This document shows positions 55,201 to 64,000 of a DNA stretch of 64,000 nt, in pieces. Made by a program: the position numbers and the translations under genes. The notes under the pieces were generated by a model. That model searched no databases, was not told where the DNA came from, and saw nothing but the letters and a program-made list of their open reading frames with translations. The stretch lies in contig NC_134468.1 of NCBI RefSeq assembly GCF_964194025.1, positions 17,422,001 through 17,486,000 of the forward strand. Reading direction: 5' to 3'. How positions within the stretch are numbered: position 1 is the stretch's first letter; each line of letters begins with the position of its first letter. Source of the DNA: Convolutriloba macropyga. Taxonomy: Eukaryota.

Positions 55201-58200
55201 TATTTTTCTTCCTCAATCTGTGTGTTAGTTTCAGTAGAAGTGCCGTTAAGATATAGGATTACTTTACAAGGGATTAGAAGGTTGATAAAAGTGACCGTTT
55301 ACGTTTTTCGCCAGGTACATGTTTAATCATTGAAAAACGTTATAATATCGTAACACAAAACGTATGACTGACTATATTGGGGGGACTATCTGCTTTTTCC
55401 CTCTCAATTAATTACTTGAATTTGGTTCTTTGTGTCTTTGCTACCTATTAATGATTCAAAGTGAATGGACTCACAGAAAAGTCTCTTTACAGAACAAAAA
55501 GTCGATTATAACATTATATAGCATAAGCAGGAACGCTCTGGATGCTTTTTTATGACCTATTTTAGTGTTTACCAAGTGATTCACACTTGGTGTGAATAGA
55601 ATGAACCATTGAAACGATGATTAAAACTTTTTGGGGGAAACAAGTCTTTCAAACATGTTATCGACGGTAAAGTTGATATGAAACATTCCGATTAGGCCCG
55701 AGAGAAAAATAATTTCAAGGCAAAAAATTTTTGGACCCTATTTTTCTTCCTCAATCTGTGTGTTAGTTTCAGTAGAAGTGCCGTTAAGCTATAGGATTAC
55801 CTTAAAAGGGATTAGAAGGTTGATAAAAGTGACCGTTTACGTTTTTCGCCAGGTACATGTTTAATCATTGAAAAACGTTATAATATCGTAACACAAAACG
55901 TATGATTGACTATATTGGGTGTACTATATGTATTTTCTCTCTCAGTTGATTACTGACATTTGATTTTTTGTGTCCTTGCTACCTATTAATGATTCAAAGT
56001 GAATGGACTCACAGAAAAGTCTCATTTACAGAACAAAAAGTCGATTATAACATTATATAGCATAAGCAGGAACGCTCTGGATGCTTTTTTATGACCTATT
56101 TTAGTGTTTACCAAGTGCTTCACACTTGGTGTGAATAGAATGAACCATTGAAACGATGATTAAAACTTTTTTGGGGAAACAAGTCTTTCAAACATGTTAT
56201 CGACGGTAAAGTTGATATGAAACATTCCGATTAGGCCCGAGAGAAAAATAATTTTAAGGCAAAAAATTTTTGGACCCTTTTTTTCTTCCTCAATCTGTGT
56301 GTTAGTTTCAGTAGAAGTACCGTTAAGCTATAGGATTACTTTACAAGAGATTAGAAGGTTGATAAAAGTGACCGTTTACGTTTTTCGCCAGGTACATGTT
56401 TAATCATTGAAAAACGTTATAATATCGTAACACAAAACGTATGATTGACTATATTGGGGGGACTATCTGCTTTATCCCTCTCAATTGGTTACTTGAATTT
56501 GGTTCTTTGTGTCTTTGCTACCTATTAATGATTCAAAGTGAATGGACTCACAGAAAAGTCTCATTTACAGAACAAAAAGTCGATTATAACATTATATAGC
56601 ATAAGCAGGAACGCTCTGGATGCTTTTTTATGACCTATTTTAGTGTTTACCAAGTGATTCACACTTGGTGTGAATAGAATGAACCATTGAAACGATGATT
56701 AAAACTTTTTTGGGGAAACAAGTCTTTCAAACATGTTATCGACGGTAAAGTTGATATGAAACATTCCGATTAGGCCCGAGAGAAAAATAATTTTAAGGCA
56801 AAAAATTTTTGGACCCTATTTTTCTTCCTCAATCTGTGTGTTAGCTTCAGTAGAAGTGCCGTTAAGCTATAGGATTACCTTAAAAGGGATTAGAAGGTTG
56901 ATAAAAGTGACCGTTTACGTTTTTCGCCAGGTACATGTTTAATCATTGAAAAACGTTATAATATCGTAACACAAAACGTATGATTGACTATATTGGGTGT
57001 ACTATATGTATTTTCTCTCTCAGTTGATTACTGGCATTTGATTTTTTGTGTCCTTGCTACCTATTAATGATTCAAAGTGAATGGACTCACAGAAAAGTCT
57101 CATTTAAGGAACAAAAAGTCGATTATAACATTATATAGCATAAGCAGGAACGCTCTGGATGCTTTTTTTTGACCTATTTTAGTGTTTACCAAGTGATTCA
57201 CACTTAGTGTGAATAGAATGAACCATTGAAACGATGATTGAAACTTTTTTGGGGAAACTAGTCTTTCAAACATATTATCGACGGTAAAGTTAATATGAAA
57301 CATTCCGATTAGGCCCGAGAGAAAAATAATTTTAAGGCAAAAAATTTTTGGAACCTACTTTTCTTTCATAATCTATGTGTTAGCTTCAGTAGAAGTGCCG
57401 TTAAGCTATAGGATTACTTTACAAGGGATTAGAAGGTTGATAAAAGTGACCGTTTACGTTTTTCGCCAGGTACATGTTTAATCATTGAAAAACGTTATAA
57501 TATCGTAACACAAAACGTATGATTGACTATATTGGGGGGACTATCTGCTTTTTCCCTCTCAATTGGTTACTTGAATTTGGTTCTTTGTGTCTTTGCTACC
57601 TATTAATGATTCAAAGTGAATGGACTCACAGAAAAGTCTCATTTACAGAACAAAAAGTCGATTATAACGTTATATATCATAAGCAGGAACGCTCTGGATG
57701 CTATTTTATGACCTTTTTTAATGCTTACCAAGTGATTCACACTTGTTGTGAACAGAATGAACCATTGAAACGATCATTGAACAATTTCTCCTGAAATGAG
57801 AGTTTCAAATATTTTGTTGAAAGCAGAAGTGATATGAAAGTTTCTGTTTTGAACAGAGAGCTCCCTTTGACGTCTGAACTCATAAGAGAAAAGGATCATT
57901 GAGTTAATAGGACTTTAAAATTTCACTTTTTTCTTGAACATTTTTCGACGTCTATCTTGCAAGATCTTGCAAGGTTCTTGCAAGATAGGCGTCCGGATCT
58001 TGCATCTTGCAAGATAAGCGTCATTTGCAAGAATCTTGCAAGATCTTGCAAGATAAGCGTCATTTGCAAGAATCTTGCAAGATCTTGCAAGATAAGCGTC
58101 GGAGTTCGACTAGGGTGATATAAAAATTAATGCAGTATTAAATAAAACATTCCTATTATAAGCGGTTTACTTTTCAAATTACCTCCAATTTTGTACGAGC

Positions 58201-58351
58201 GTTCTGTACAGCGTTACTAATTTTCTTGAGCTATAGCAAACCGCTAGGAGATAACTTCTGTTTAGAAGTTGGTTATTTCATTTGTGTTTTTGGCGGTTTA
58301 TAATGGGAAGCTACTTTTGTGACCCAAAATTTGTATTACGTCATCTCCCAT
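17636..58351 (-). CDS. Putative seven-micro-exon gene (68 aa) spanning the giant transposon
   Basis: Hand-built GT-AG exons: 58351-58340, 58230-58183, 23415-23394, 21604-21586, 18298-18250, 17790-17759, 17660-17636. They splice in frame to MGDDLKKISNAVQNARTKLELSIDTSKAKRSLDSLLNVRSRLRCNEGWHYHKGPKLSFLFREDYMQSI*. Exons were chosen by eye; no homolog recognised. Confidence 0.4.
19500..21000. repeat. Old diverged tandem repeat, about 3 units of ~500-560 bp
   Basis: CACAA(C/T)AAGT...AAAAC...ACAGGC(A/G)AAAACCAAAA recurs at ~19504, ~20000 and ~20564, with colinear downstream blocks such as GAAATCT(C/T)GTG and AGTTCACGA. Confidence 0.75.
21339..21387. repeat. Perfect 20-bp inverted repeat (hairpin, 9-nt loop)
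   Basis: AAAAAGCTGGTCCAGCGTAA-TTTTGAGTT-TTACGCTGGACCAGCTTTTT. Confidence 0.9.
22170..22860 (-). mobile_element. Degenerate LINE AP-endonuclease fragment
   Basis: Motifs VWGDFNTD, RET...TSIDLFF and ISDH occur in order across frameshifts. Confidence 0.75.
22922..22990. repeat. (TA)n microsatellite
   Basis: Direct reading; lies near an N gap at 23099-23263. Confidence 0.95.
23665..23975. repeat. Left TIR and subterminal array of the palindrome TCTTGCAAGA
   Basis: Many exact and near-exact TCTTGCAAGA copies, often followed by TA(A/G)GCGTC. Confidence 0.9.
23990..24420. repeat. ~205-bp direct duplication inside the element
   Basis: TGTCTAGAGTCGGTGCATTACTATGCTCCAGAAGGAGCGCACCTGATCTCTAG at ~24030 and ~24236. 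Confidence 0.9.
24560..25110. repeat. ~60-bp minisatellite
   Basis: Unit GCGTGAAAGCAGGCGAACGAAAAACGAGCGAGCCCAAAGCGAGCGAAACAAAGACGAACGA, about 8 copies, followed by (GA)n and an N gap at 25269-25603. Confidence 0.9.
25604..27520. repeat. Diverged ~270-300-bp tandem repeat, about 6-7 units
   Basis: Recurring CAGGCAATCAGAATTTTGATTATCCTAACTTAAGGTT..AATTTCAGTTCATCACATTGCCTGATT, with (GA)n tracts in the early units. Confidence 0.85.
27660..28505. repeat. ~205-bp tandem repeat, about 4 units
   Basis: AAAGCACTCC(G/A)AGAATCAATTTTCTCATCA at ~27687, 27891, 28096 and 28301. Confidence 0.9.
28522..29085 (-). CDS. SGNH/GDSL hydrolase-fold protein (true 5' end probably spliced)
   Basis: All four blocks are present: LLIGDS (I), AMSG (II), VAVGNND (III), DPCH (V). 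A TTTTTTGTTCAG acceptor lies just before block I. Confidence 0.8.
   Translation of the reverse strand: MFCFRASAFCAPTHTNFLFSSFLLIGDSNVKHLKTDLYNDPLLCAYQIDVLAMSGMRSHELGPCVSLTAKQYDFVIVAVGNNDLADWRDIPAKKPEEVALNLVSFARCASREGTNVLVIGMWKRRHMESHNVETVNKILYHELKEFYVAPKLKPKHFKLNDPCHMTFDGQRDLLALLNRLICTRVFK
29418..32363 (-). CDS. Suv4-20-like SET domain fused to a CACTA-type DDE transposase (reconstructed ~981 aa; two compensating homopolymer frameshifts)
   Basis: SET part: ELAFVD...VIGVQAHKV and NDFSVMESPRK..WLMLGPISFINASCKPN...LREIKEGEELTVSY..HFFGPNNQYCLC. Transposase part: NTDGAPVFKS..SVWP, NLPP..R, CDAPA, GYQSCPHC, PIDPMHQVFLG, WKA, YNFH...HL..QV...GPLW..SAFCFES. The three ORFs join by removing one base at 31663-31671 and adding one at 30252-30259. 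Confidence 0.8.
32943..33569 (-). CDS. BEN-domain-like protein 2 (3 exons, ~161 aa)
   Basis: Exons 33569-33432, 33353-33116 and 33052-32943 with GT-AG introns of 78 and 63 nt stay in frame. An N-terminal coiled coil precedes VGRFLARAIHSKEER...RKLASAEDEYHFKEAV...AKDAANSLGR. Confidence 0.6.
33756..35371 (-). CDS. BEN-domain-like protein 1 (probably 2 exons: 35371 to ~34748, and 34262-33756)
   Basis: Exon 1 has an acidic linker. Exon 2 follows the acceptor TTTCTTAG and encodes a coiled coil, then AFNIAKALWTEEER......RKPGDHERTELYQKAV......SLKLVNQRLR, a BEN-like helical pattern. The donor site is uncertain. Confidence 0.6.
36700..38300. repeat. Diverged ~360-bp tandem repeat (about 3 units plus relics)
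   Basis: TGAAACTTTG at ~36729, 37087 and 37446. AAAT(C/T)GGTnCA(C/T)TCTA at ~36967, 37326, 37685 and 38226. Confidence 0.8.
39684..57790. repeat. Satellite array of ~539-bp units, about 33.5 copies (~18 kb), inside the transposon
   Basis: GAAGGTTGATAAAAGTGACCGTTTACG starts at 39684 (shortened unit), then recurs about every 539 bp from 40187 to 57432. Units are highly similar. Confidence 0.97.
57947..58115. repeat. Right subterminal TCTTGCAAGA array and TIR
   Basis: Same palindrome and TAAGCGTC spacers as the left end; terminates GTCGGAGTTCGACTAGGG. Confidence 0.9.
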
Positions 58352-58658
58352 TATGAATCTAGTTAATAGCAGCAATTAACAAGGCTCAGCTCTTAACAGT
58401 TCAAATGTATTTTTCGCTTAGAATGGGCTGTCCAGAAATTTAGAATATGGCCAAATTGCAATAAACAACTGTTTTCAATGTTCGTTTACATTAATCTTTG
58501 ATTCAAATAATTTGACGTACATCTTATAGAGAGAAGTTGCTTCCTGTGTTAAAATTTGAGCTTCTTTTCAGAGGGTATTGTGTCATCGTTATCGACACTG
58601 GTTAAACGCCCGAAGTAACTGATAGTGCTCTTTTCATTACAACTCCAAATACTTCACA

Positions 58659-58808
58659 ATGGTTGCCGACGATACTTTGTACCAGGTGCTGGAAGTTCCT
58701 TCGTCCGCCTCGGAAGCCCAAATTAAGAAACAGTACCACAGACTGGCCAAAAAATACCACCCTGACAAGAACACCAACAACAATCCAGATGCAGAGGAAA
58801 AGCTCAAG
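58659..58808 (+). CDS. DnaJ/Hsp40 (DNAJA-type) first coding exon; remaining exons not found in the window
   Basis: [13 protein letters not shown]...[17 protein letters not shown]...AEEKLK is a J-domain with the HPD motif, followed by a phase-0 donor AAG|GTAAAG. Confidence 0.85.
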
Positions 58809-60708
58809 GTAAAGCTCCGCTCAGAGCATTATATATTGAATTTTCAGGATGATCTGACTTATGTGAAAAGCTGATACAAAGGATTACAAGAAGGCTCGCT
58901 TGTTAGCATCAAACAATGTTTTTATCACGATGTTACGAAACGAAAAAAGCTAAAGTTATTTAGCTGAAGTTTGAAACAGAAAACATGGAAAAATATTTCA
59001 GGTTTCAGAGGAACCAAAAAAACCTGGTCAACTTTCAATTAGGAAATACTTAGTTGCACTTAAATTATGATAATTATTATCGAAAAAGTCTTCCTAAAAC
59101 GTCTTTTAGCCTTCTTTCTTTCCATTTTTTGTTATGCACTTTTGAACAATTTTGGCTCAAAGATGCATTCAATTATTTGACTAAAAGCTTTGAAAATTGG
59201 GACAGATATTTTTGTAAAAATACTAAGATGTAAAATCAAAATGCACTGAAGTAAACAGTTTTAGCCAAGAAAACAGTCTGTTGTTGGTTTCGATAGAACA
59301 ATTGTACATGAATGGAAAAGCCATCTTTCGATTTTTGTTGTTTTGGGCTAATAAATAGTTATAAAACCGAGGGAAAATGCTTTTTGTTAATTTATCATTG
59401 AAAATAAAATCATTATTTTTGGAAGTTTTTTTAAAAAAACAGGATTTTCAATTGTATTCAATGAATGTGTATTGTTTTTGTTTTATTTTTTGAAAATCTC
59501 GGTGAAACAAGCTATTTAGAAAAGGCAGTTTGAGGTTTCTTCTGTGACTTATATTTCTTTTCGTCAATTCATTAGAAATCAAAAGCGCGTTATTTTTGAA
59601 AATCGATCTTATTTTACAAATTTTTGTAGCTTCTCGGCTGATCGTAATAATATATCCTCCAAAGTTGATTTTGGATGTTGGAACTTCTTGTGCAGCGCAG
59701 TTAAGTCAGTAATAGCTCTTATTCATGCTAGAAAATTCCTATGATTTTGTATGGAAGAGGGCAGATTCATTTCTTTATTGAGCGATTTAATTTTTTTTTT
59801 CGATAGAAGTTCAAAATCCTGATTTCAATATTTTAGAGAAAAGCCGAAAAATTCAAGGTATTTGTACTTTTCCTATGATTGAATCTGGTTCATTTCCCCG
59901 CTATCGTGTTTTAACCAAAGATTTTAACCAGAAAATTTAATTCCCTGTTAAAGGGGCATATTTGACTATGGATCAATCCAGGCCGTGTTCTTTTGTATCT
60001 CCTTTTTCCTTCTCTTTTAGCTTCCTGATTGTTTCATGAGATTTTTATTGTCCAATTTACAAAGATAATTTTTAAATTATGATGGGTTTTCCCATCTGCA
60101 GCCTTAGCTGAGTGGGGCCAGAGTGTTCACCTCCCTTGCACCCAGTTGCCGTTAATATACACCATAGTTCTGCATAACGGGGAAAACCCATTTTGTGGTG
60201 AAAAGATGAAAGACCTGCAATCATACTGATTTTGTATTTTTTAAATTCTATAGTCTGGAATACAGATAGAATTCTGTCTGGAATACAGGAGTTTGTCAAA
60301 AACTCTGAGTATATAAATTGTGATGTTAAATGTTCGAAATCAACCTTCTTCTCAATTTACTGCAATATGTCTTCCAGCTAATCTTAGTCACATGGAAACA
60401 AAATTGTTATTGCTTCTGAGTATGTGTCAGCAAGTTTATCAAAAACGCTGAATATCAATGATCAAATTTTCGATGATTATGGAAGAATATATTACGAGAG
60501 GCTTAAGAAAATTTAAGAAGATATTTTGCGCATATTAGCTATCATGTGACTCTAATATACACCGGGTTACTGCATATTGAGGTATCTTGTTTGAAACAAG
60601 GCTGGTAGACTACTGAGCAAAAGCATTATAAAGAGTGCCGTACAGTAGCGTTCTAATGTGCATAATTTACTCGAATATGCACCTGTTTTGCTCGTACTCA
60701 TATGTAAG

Positions 60709-60832
60709 AGTAGTGGATAAAACAAGGATTCCAACCACCAGTAAAATTTGTCCATTTCTCCTAACGCTAATCGCGCATGTCGAATCGGGCCAAATTTTAC
60801 TGTTTGTTGGAATCCTTGTTTTATCCACTACT
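60709..60832. mobile_element. ~124-bp foldback/MITE-like element
   Basis: AGTAGTGGATAAAACAAGGATTCCAAC...CAGTAAAATTTG pairs with CAAATTTTACTG...GTTGGAATCCTTGTTTTATCCACTACT. Confidence 0.75.
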
Positions 60833-62215
60833 ATATTCACCACTATAAATACATATTACACGCTCAATTTTGTGTACAAAAATGTACATAGCCAGTATAA
60901 TTTATGTATTCCATACGCTAATATCCAAAAGTTCTCAAAGCCAGATTTAAGCCTAATTTCATATCTAATATGCCAAACTATACTGAAATAAATCAGGTCA
61001 ATCATCTCTCAAAGTTTTTTTTCAATAGAATCGGATGGACTGAAAATAACTCAAAATTGCTTAGAATTGGATAATAAGAAACAAGTTTCTTTAAAATTTT
61101 TGACTTTAACCAGGAGACGATTGATCTATGATGTTTAATTGAGTGATTCTATGTACCTGGTTACATTTTTTAGCCGAGTCTTGGGAGGTCTTGATAAAAG
61201 GTTGACTCGCCTTTACCACGCTACGGCAGTACTGCTCGGCCTTTCTTAATGGCAACTGTGGGGGAGGGTGCAACTACAGAATGCTTGAACACTTTTAATT
61301 TTAATTATTAGGCTGACTGAAGTTCAATATTAAGCTGACTGAACAGTATTAATGTATCATTTTACAGTTTTTGTAGTCAAATGAAACTCATGATGAATAG
61401 CCAAAAAGTGCCGTGGAGAATAAAGGTCCCCACGTGGAGAATTATTCTAGAACATTCTTTTTTCTAGAATATTCTGACATGATTTTTAAGTTAAAATTAG
61501 TTATCATTTCCCAAGTAATTGCATGTTTTAAAGTAAAATAATAATTAAATCCTTCTATTAAATTGAATGATTTGTATAATCTATAAAAAATTAAATTCAG
61601 ATTTTAATAAATACTCACTTTACTAGCTAATCTTTAAGGGTATCTTATATTCGAAATTTTCACTTGATTTCATTCTGTTAGTGGTGGTGGCTTTCTTTGT
61701 CAATGGTGGCGGCCATTTTAGCATGACATGCACTTTTCATTCGATCTGCTAAGCAGTGTAATGCGATGTTAAACCAAGCTTGTTGACTTCTTGTACTATT
61801 AGGGGTTGCTAAATATGAAAGAAAGTGAACAAAAAGAGCACAGTCAAAAACATTGATATCGGTGGATACACAGTGATTAGTGTTTTTCTATGTCTTCTTG
61901 AATATTATACTTATAAACATGCTCTCTTGAATTGATTTCTAGTATGACCATATCTATATCTATGAAGATAAATACAGTCTACATTTCCTATTTCTAAATC
62001 TATATAATGATATATGTTTATAAACATTACACATACTACATGTTAGATATTGATCAGGATCAGAATAATGATATCCGAAATGTTCTATAAAATCTTTAAC
62101 CTTAACCATATTTTTAGATACATAACAAGAATATTCTAATTCTTTACAATTATTACAACATTCTTTCCAAGTTTTATTTATACACTTATCGCATTTCATT
62201 TTCATTTTTCGAAAA

Positions 62216-64000
62216 ATGTCTCAGTCAACAAATACTAATGTTATAAACTTCTGTGATGTCTGTAATTTATCCTTTGAATCAAAGAATGCTTTATACAGGC
62301 ATCAATCATACGATCTCAAACATAAGGAACTATTGGAGAAAATGTTTCAGTCTGAAGAAGAGGAAATCTCGGAGCGGGTGTATAATTCGGATGAAGATGA
62401 TTATATTATTAAAACTAAACCAGCCACCAAACCTAAAACTAAAACTGAAGAGGATATCTACACCCGAATTAAGTATGAATGTGAAGAATGTCATGAAGAA
62501 TTTGGAAGTAAAGTAGCTCTAACTACTCATATAGTCACAATCGCATGTATCTAGAAAACACAGAAGACTTCGATATAAACTCAAGTCAGAACATGAGAGA
62601 GTTTTATATTACAGATAAAGGTGGGAATTACACCGAAGATATAGACGAAGCAACTAATTACTCTTTAGAAGAAATTAAAAACTGTTACCAGTTCAGAAAA
62701 GTTAAGAGTTTTAAATATAAGATCACGGCTGAATCTGATTATAAGAAGAGAACCAAAGAAGAAGTTAAAACTACTAAAATATTTTTCAATACTGATTATA
62801 TTAATAATAATGCAATATATGAATATGGTGACTTCAATCGGTGGCTAGATTTCGAAAAGGAAATATATGAAGGTTATGGTTATGATTTTGAGTTTCTTGG
62901 AATAAGAAGTATTCAGTTAAACATTGAACCAACTAAAGCATCTATTGGTAGTTATATAGATTTACCTCCTGATCTCAAAAACTCTAAATCGATATTAAAT
63001 ATACGTAGTTATAAATACAATTGCTTACAACTAACTATAACTGCTTGGCTACATCCCGCCCCACACCATGCAACTCGAGAAAGTAAATATGTAGATAAAC
63101 TAATTGAACCAAGACAACAACATGAAGATGATTTTGCTTATATAATAAGAATACAGAAATTGTATAATTTTAATATTTGGGTATACACACCTTGTGGTAA
63201 TGGTAAAATAGAATTGTTTAAACAAGTGGATGATTTTAATAAAGATAGAAAAGATGTAAGAATACTAGTTTGGAGTAGTGGTCAAATAGAACACTATGCC
63301 CTAATAAGAAACCTTGTTAGAACGAACAAATAAAAACAACATTAAATATTATTATTGTGATAGGTGTACCTATTGGTTTAACTCTCAAATTAAATATGAT
63401 AAACACGAATGCAGCACCTCATTCAAACCAGAGATTGTTTGTCCTAAGAAAAAACATATTACTTTTATAAATGAACACAAACGTCAGAATATAAAAAATA
63501 TAACTGCCGATATAGAATGTTGCATTGTTGATCCGCGAAGCGGTTTCACCGATGTCTCAACTAATGACTGTAAATATGTAATAGCTGAACATATTCCAAT
63601 AGCTGTGGGTTACACCTGGCAAGGTAACTTCAAACACTACTTCGGTCTAGGCTGCATCAAAAGATTTGCTAGAGATCTGTTAGAAATAGAAACTGAGAAT
63701 AATTTCAAACATAATGAAAAGATGATATTCACAGAAGAAGATAAATTATATCATGAAACTAATGACACTTATCATATCTGCAGCAAAACATGTATTAATA
63801 AAGTAAGAGATCACTGTCATGAAACTGGTAAATATAGAGGACCAGCATGTAAAATATGTAATCTAAGATACAAACAACAAAACTTCATTCCAGTAATATT
63901 CCATAATGGCTCTGGCTATGATTTCAATCTGCTATATAGCGAACTCTTCAAACAGAATAATGATAAAAGAAAAGTAGATAACATACCACTAGCTGCTGGT
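62216..64000 (+). mobile_element. Frameshifted Polinton/Maverick-like protein-primed DNA polymerase B (N-terminal part; runs off the window)
   Basis: C2H2-like fingers, then GSYIDLPPDLKNSKSILNI....NC, HYALIRNL, YYCDRC, ADIEC, KVRDHCHETGKYRGPACKICNL and IPVIFHNGSGYD. Several frameshifts. Confidence 0.85.

Larger units (their letters stand above)
23665..58115 (-). mobile_element. Giant (~34.5 kb) CACTA/EnSpm (CMC)-type DNA transposon
   Basis: Left end CCCTAGTCtattaCCGACGgcTATCTTGCAAGATCTTGCAAGA; right end reverse-complemented CCCTAGTCgaactCCGACGctTATCTTGCAAGATCTTGCAAGA. TG at 23663-23664 and 58116-58117 is the 2-bp TSD. Internal CACTA-type transposase. Joining the flanks restores a hairpin. 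Confidence 0.9.

Noticed and set aside
39684-57790. Satellite as a CRISPR-like array, tandem exon cassette or multicopy 67-aa gene
   Set aside because: There are no unique spacers. All three frames after the CTCTCAG acceptor-like site stop within 19 codons, and the 67-aa ORFs appear only in units with one particular SNP.
57519-57794. 91-aa ORF in the terminal satellite unit
   Set aside because: No recognisable motif; it may be chance or a relic of the source sequence.
17636-58351. G-protein gamma identity for the 68-aa micro-exon product
   Set aside because: The size and an FRE near the end are suggestive, but there is no DPL motif or CaaX box.
58809-58874. C-terminal tail of the 71-aa DnaJ ORF
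   Set aside because: Read-through into the intron after a canonical donor; J-domain similarity stops there.

Overview
Eukaryotic, AT-rich, repeat-rich window, probably from an invertebrate, with two N gaps. Host genes are an intronless THOC7, an RPS27A whose N-terminal ubiquitin is replaced by a divergent acidic ubiquitin-like domain, the first coding exon of a DnaJ (DNAJA-type) gene, and a possible minus-strand micro-exon gene. Decayed LINEs, MITEs and a Polinton-like pPolB remnant surround them. The main result is a ~34.5-kb CACTA/CMC-type DNA transposon at 23665-58115. It has CCCTAGTC...GACTAGGG terminal inverted repeats, a TG target-site duplication and TCTTGCAAGA palindrome arrays at both ends, and it splits a pre-existing hairpin, which confirms the boundaries. 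Its transposase appears N-terminally fused to a Suv4-20 (H4K20 methyltransferase)-like SET domain. It also encodes two BEN-domain-like proteins and an SGNH hydrolase, and carries several tandem repeats including an ~18-kb array of ~539-bp units. All family assignments come from motif recognition by eye; no searches were run.
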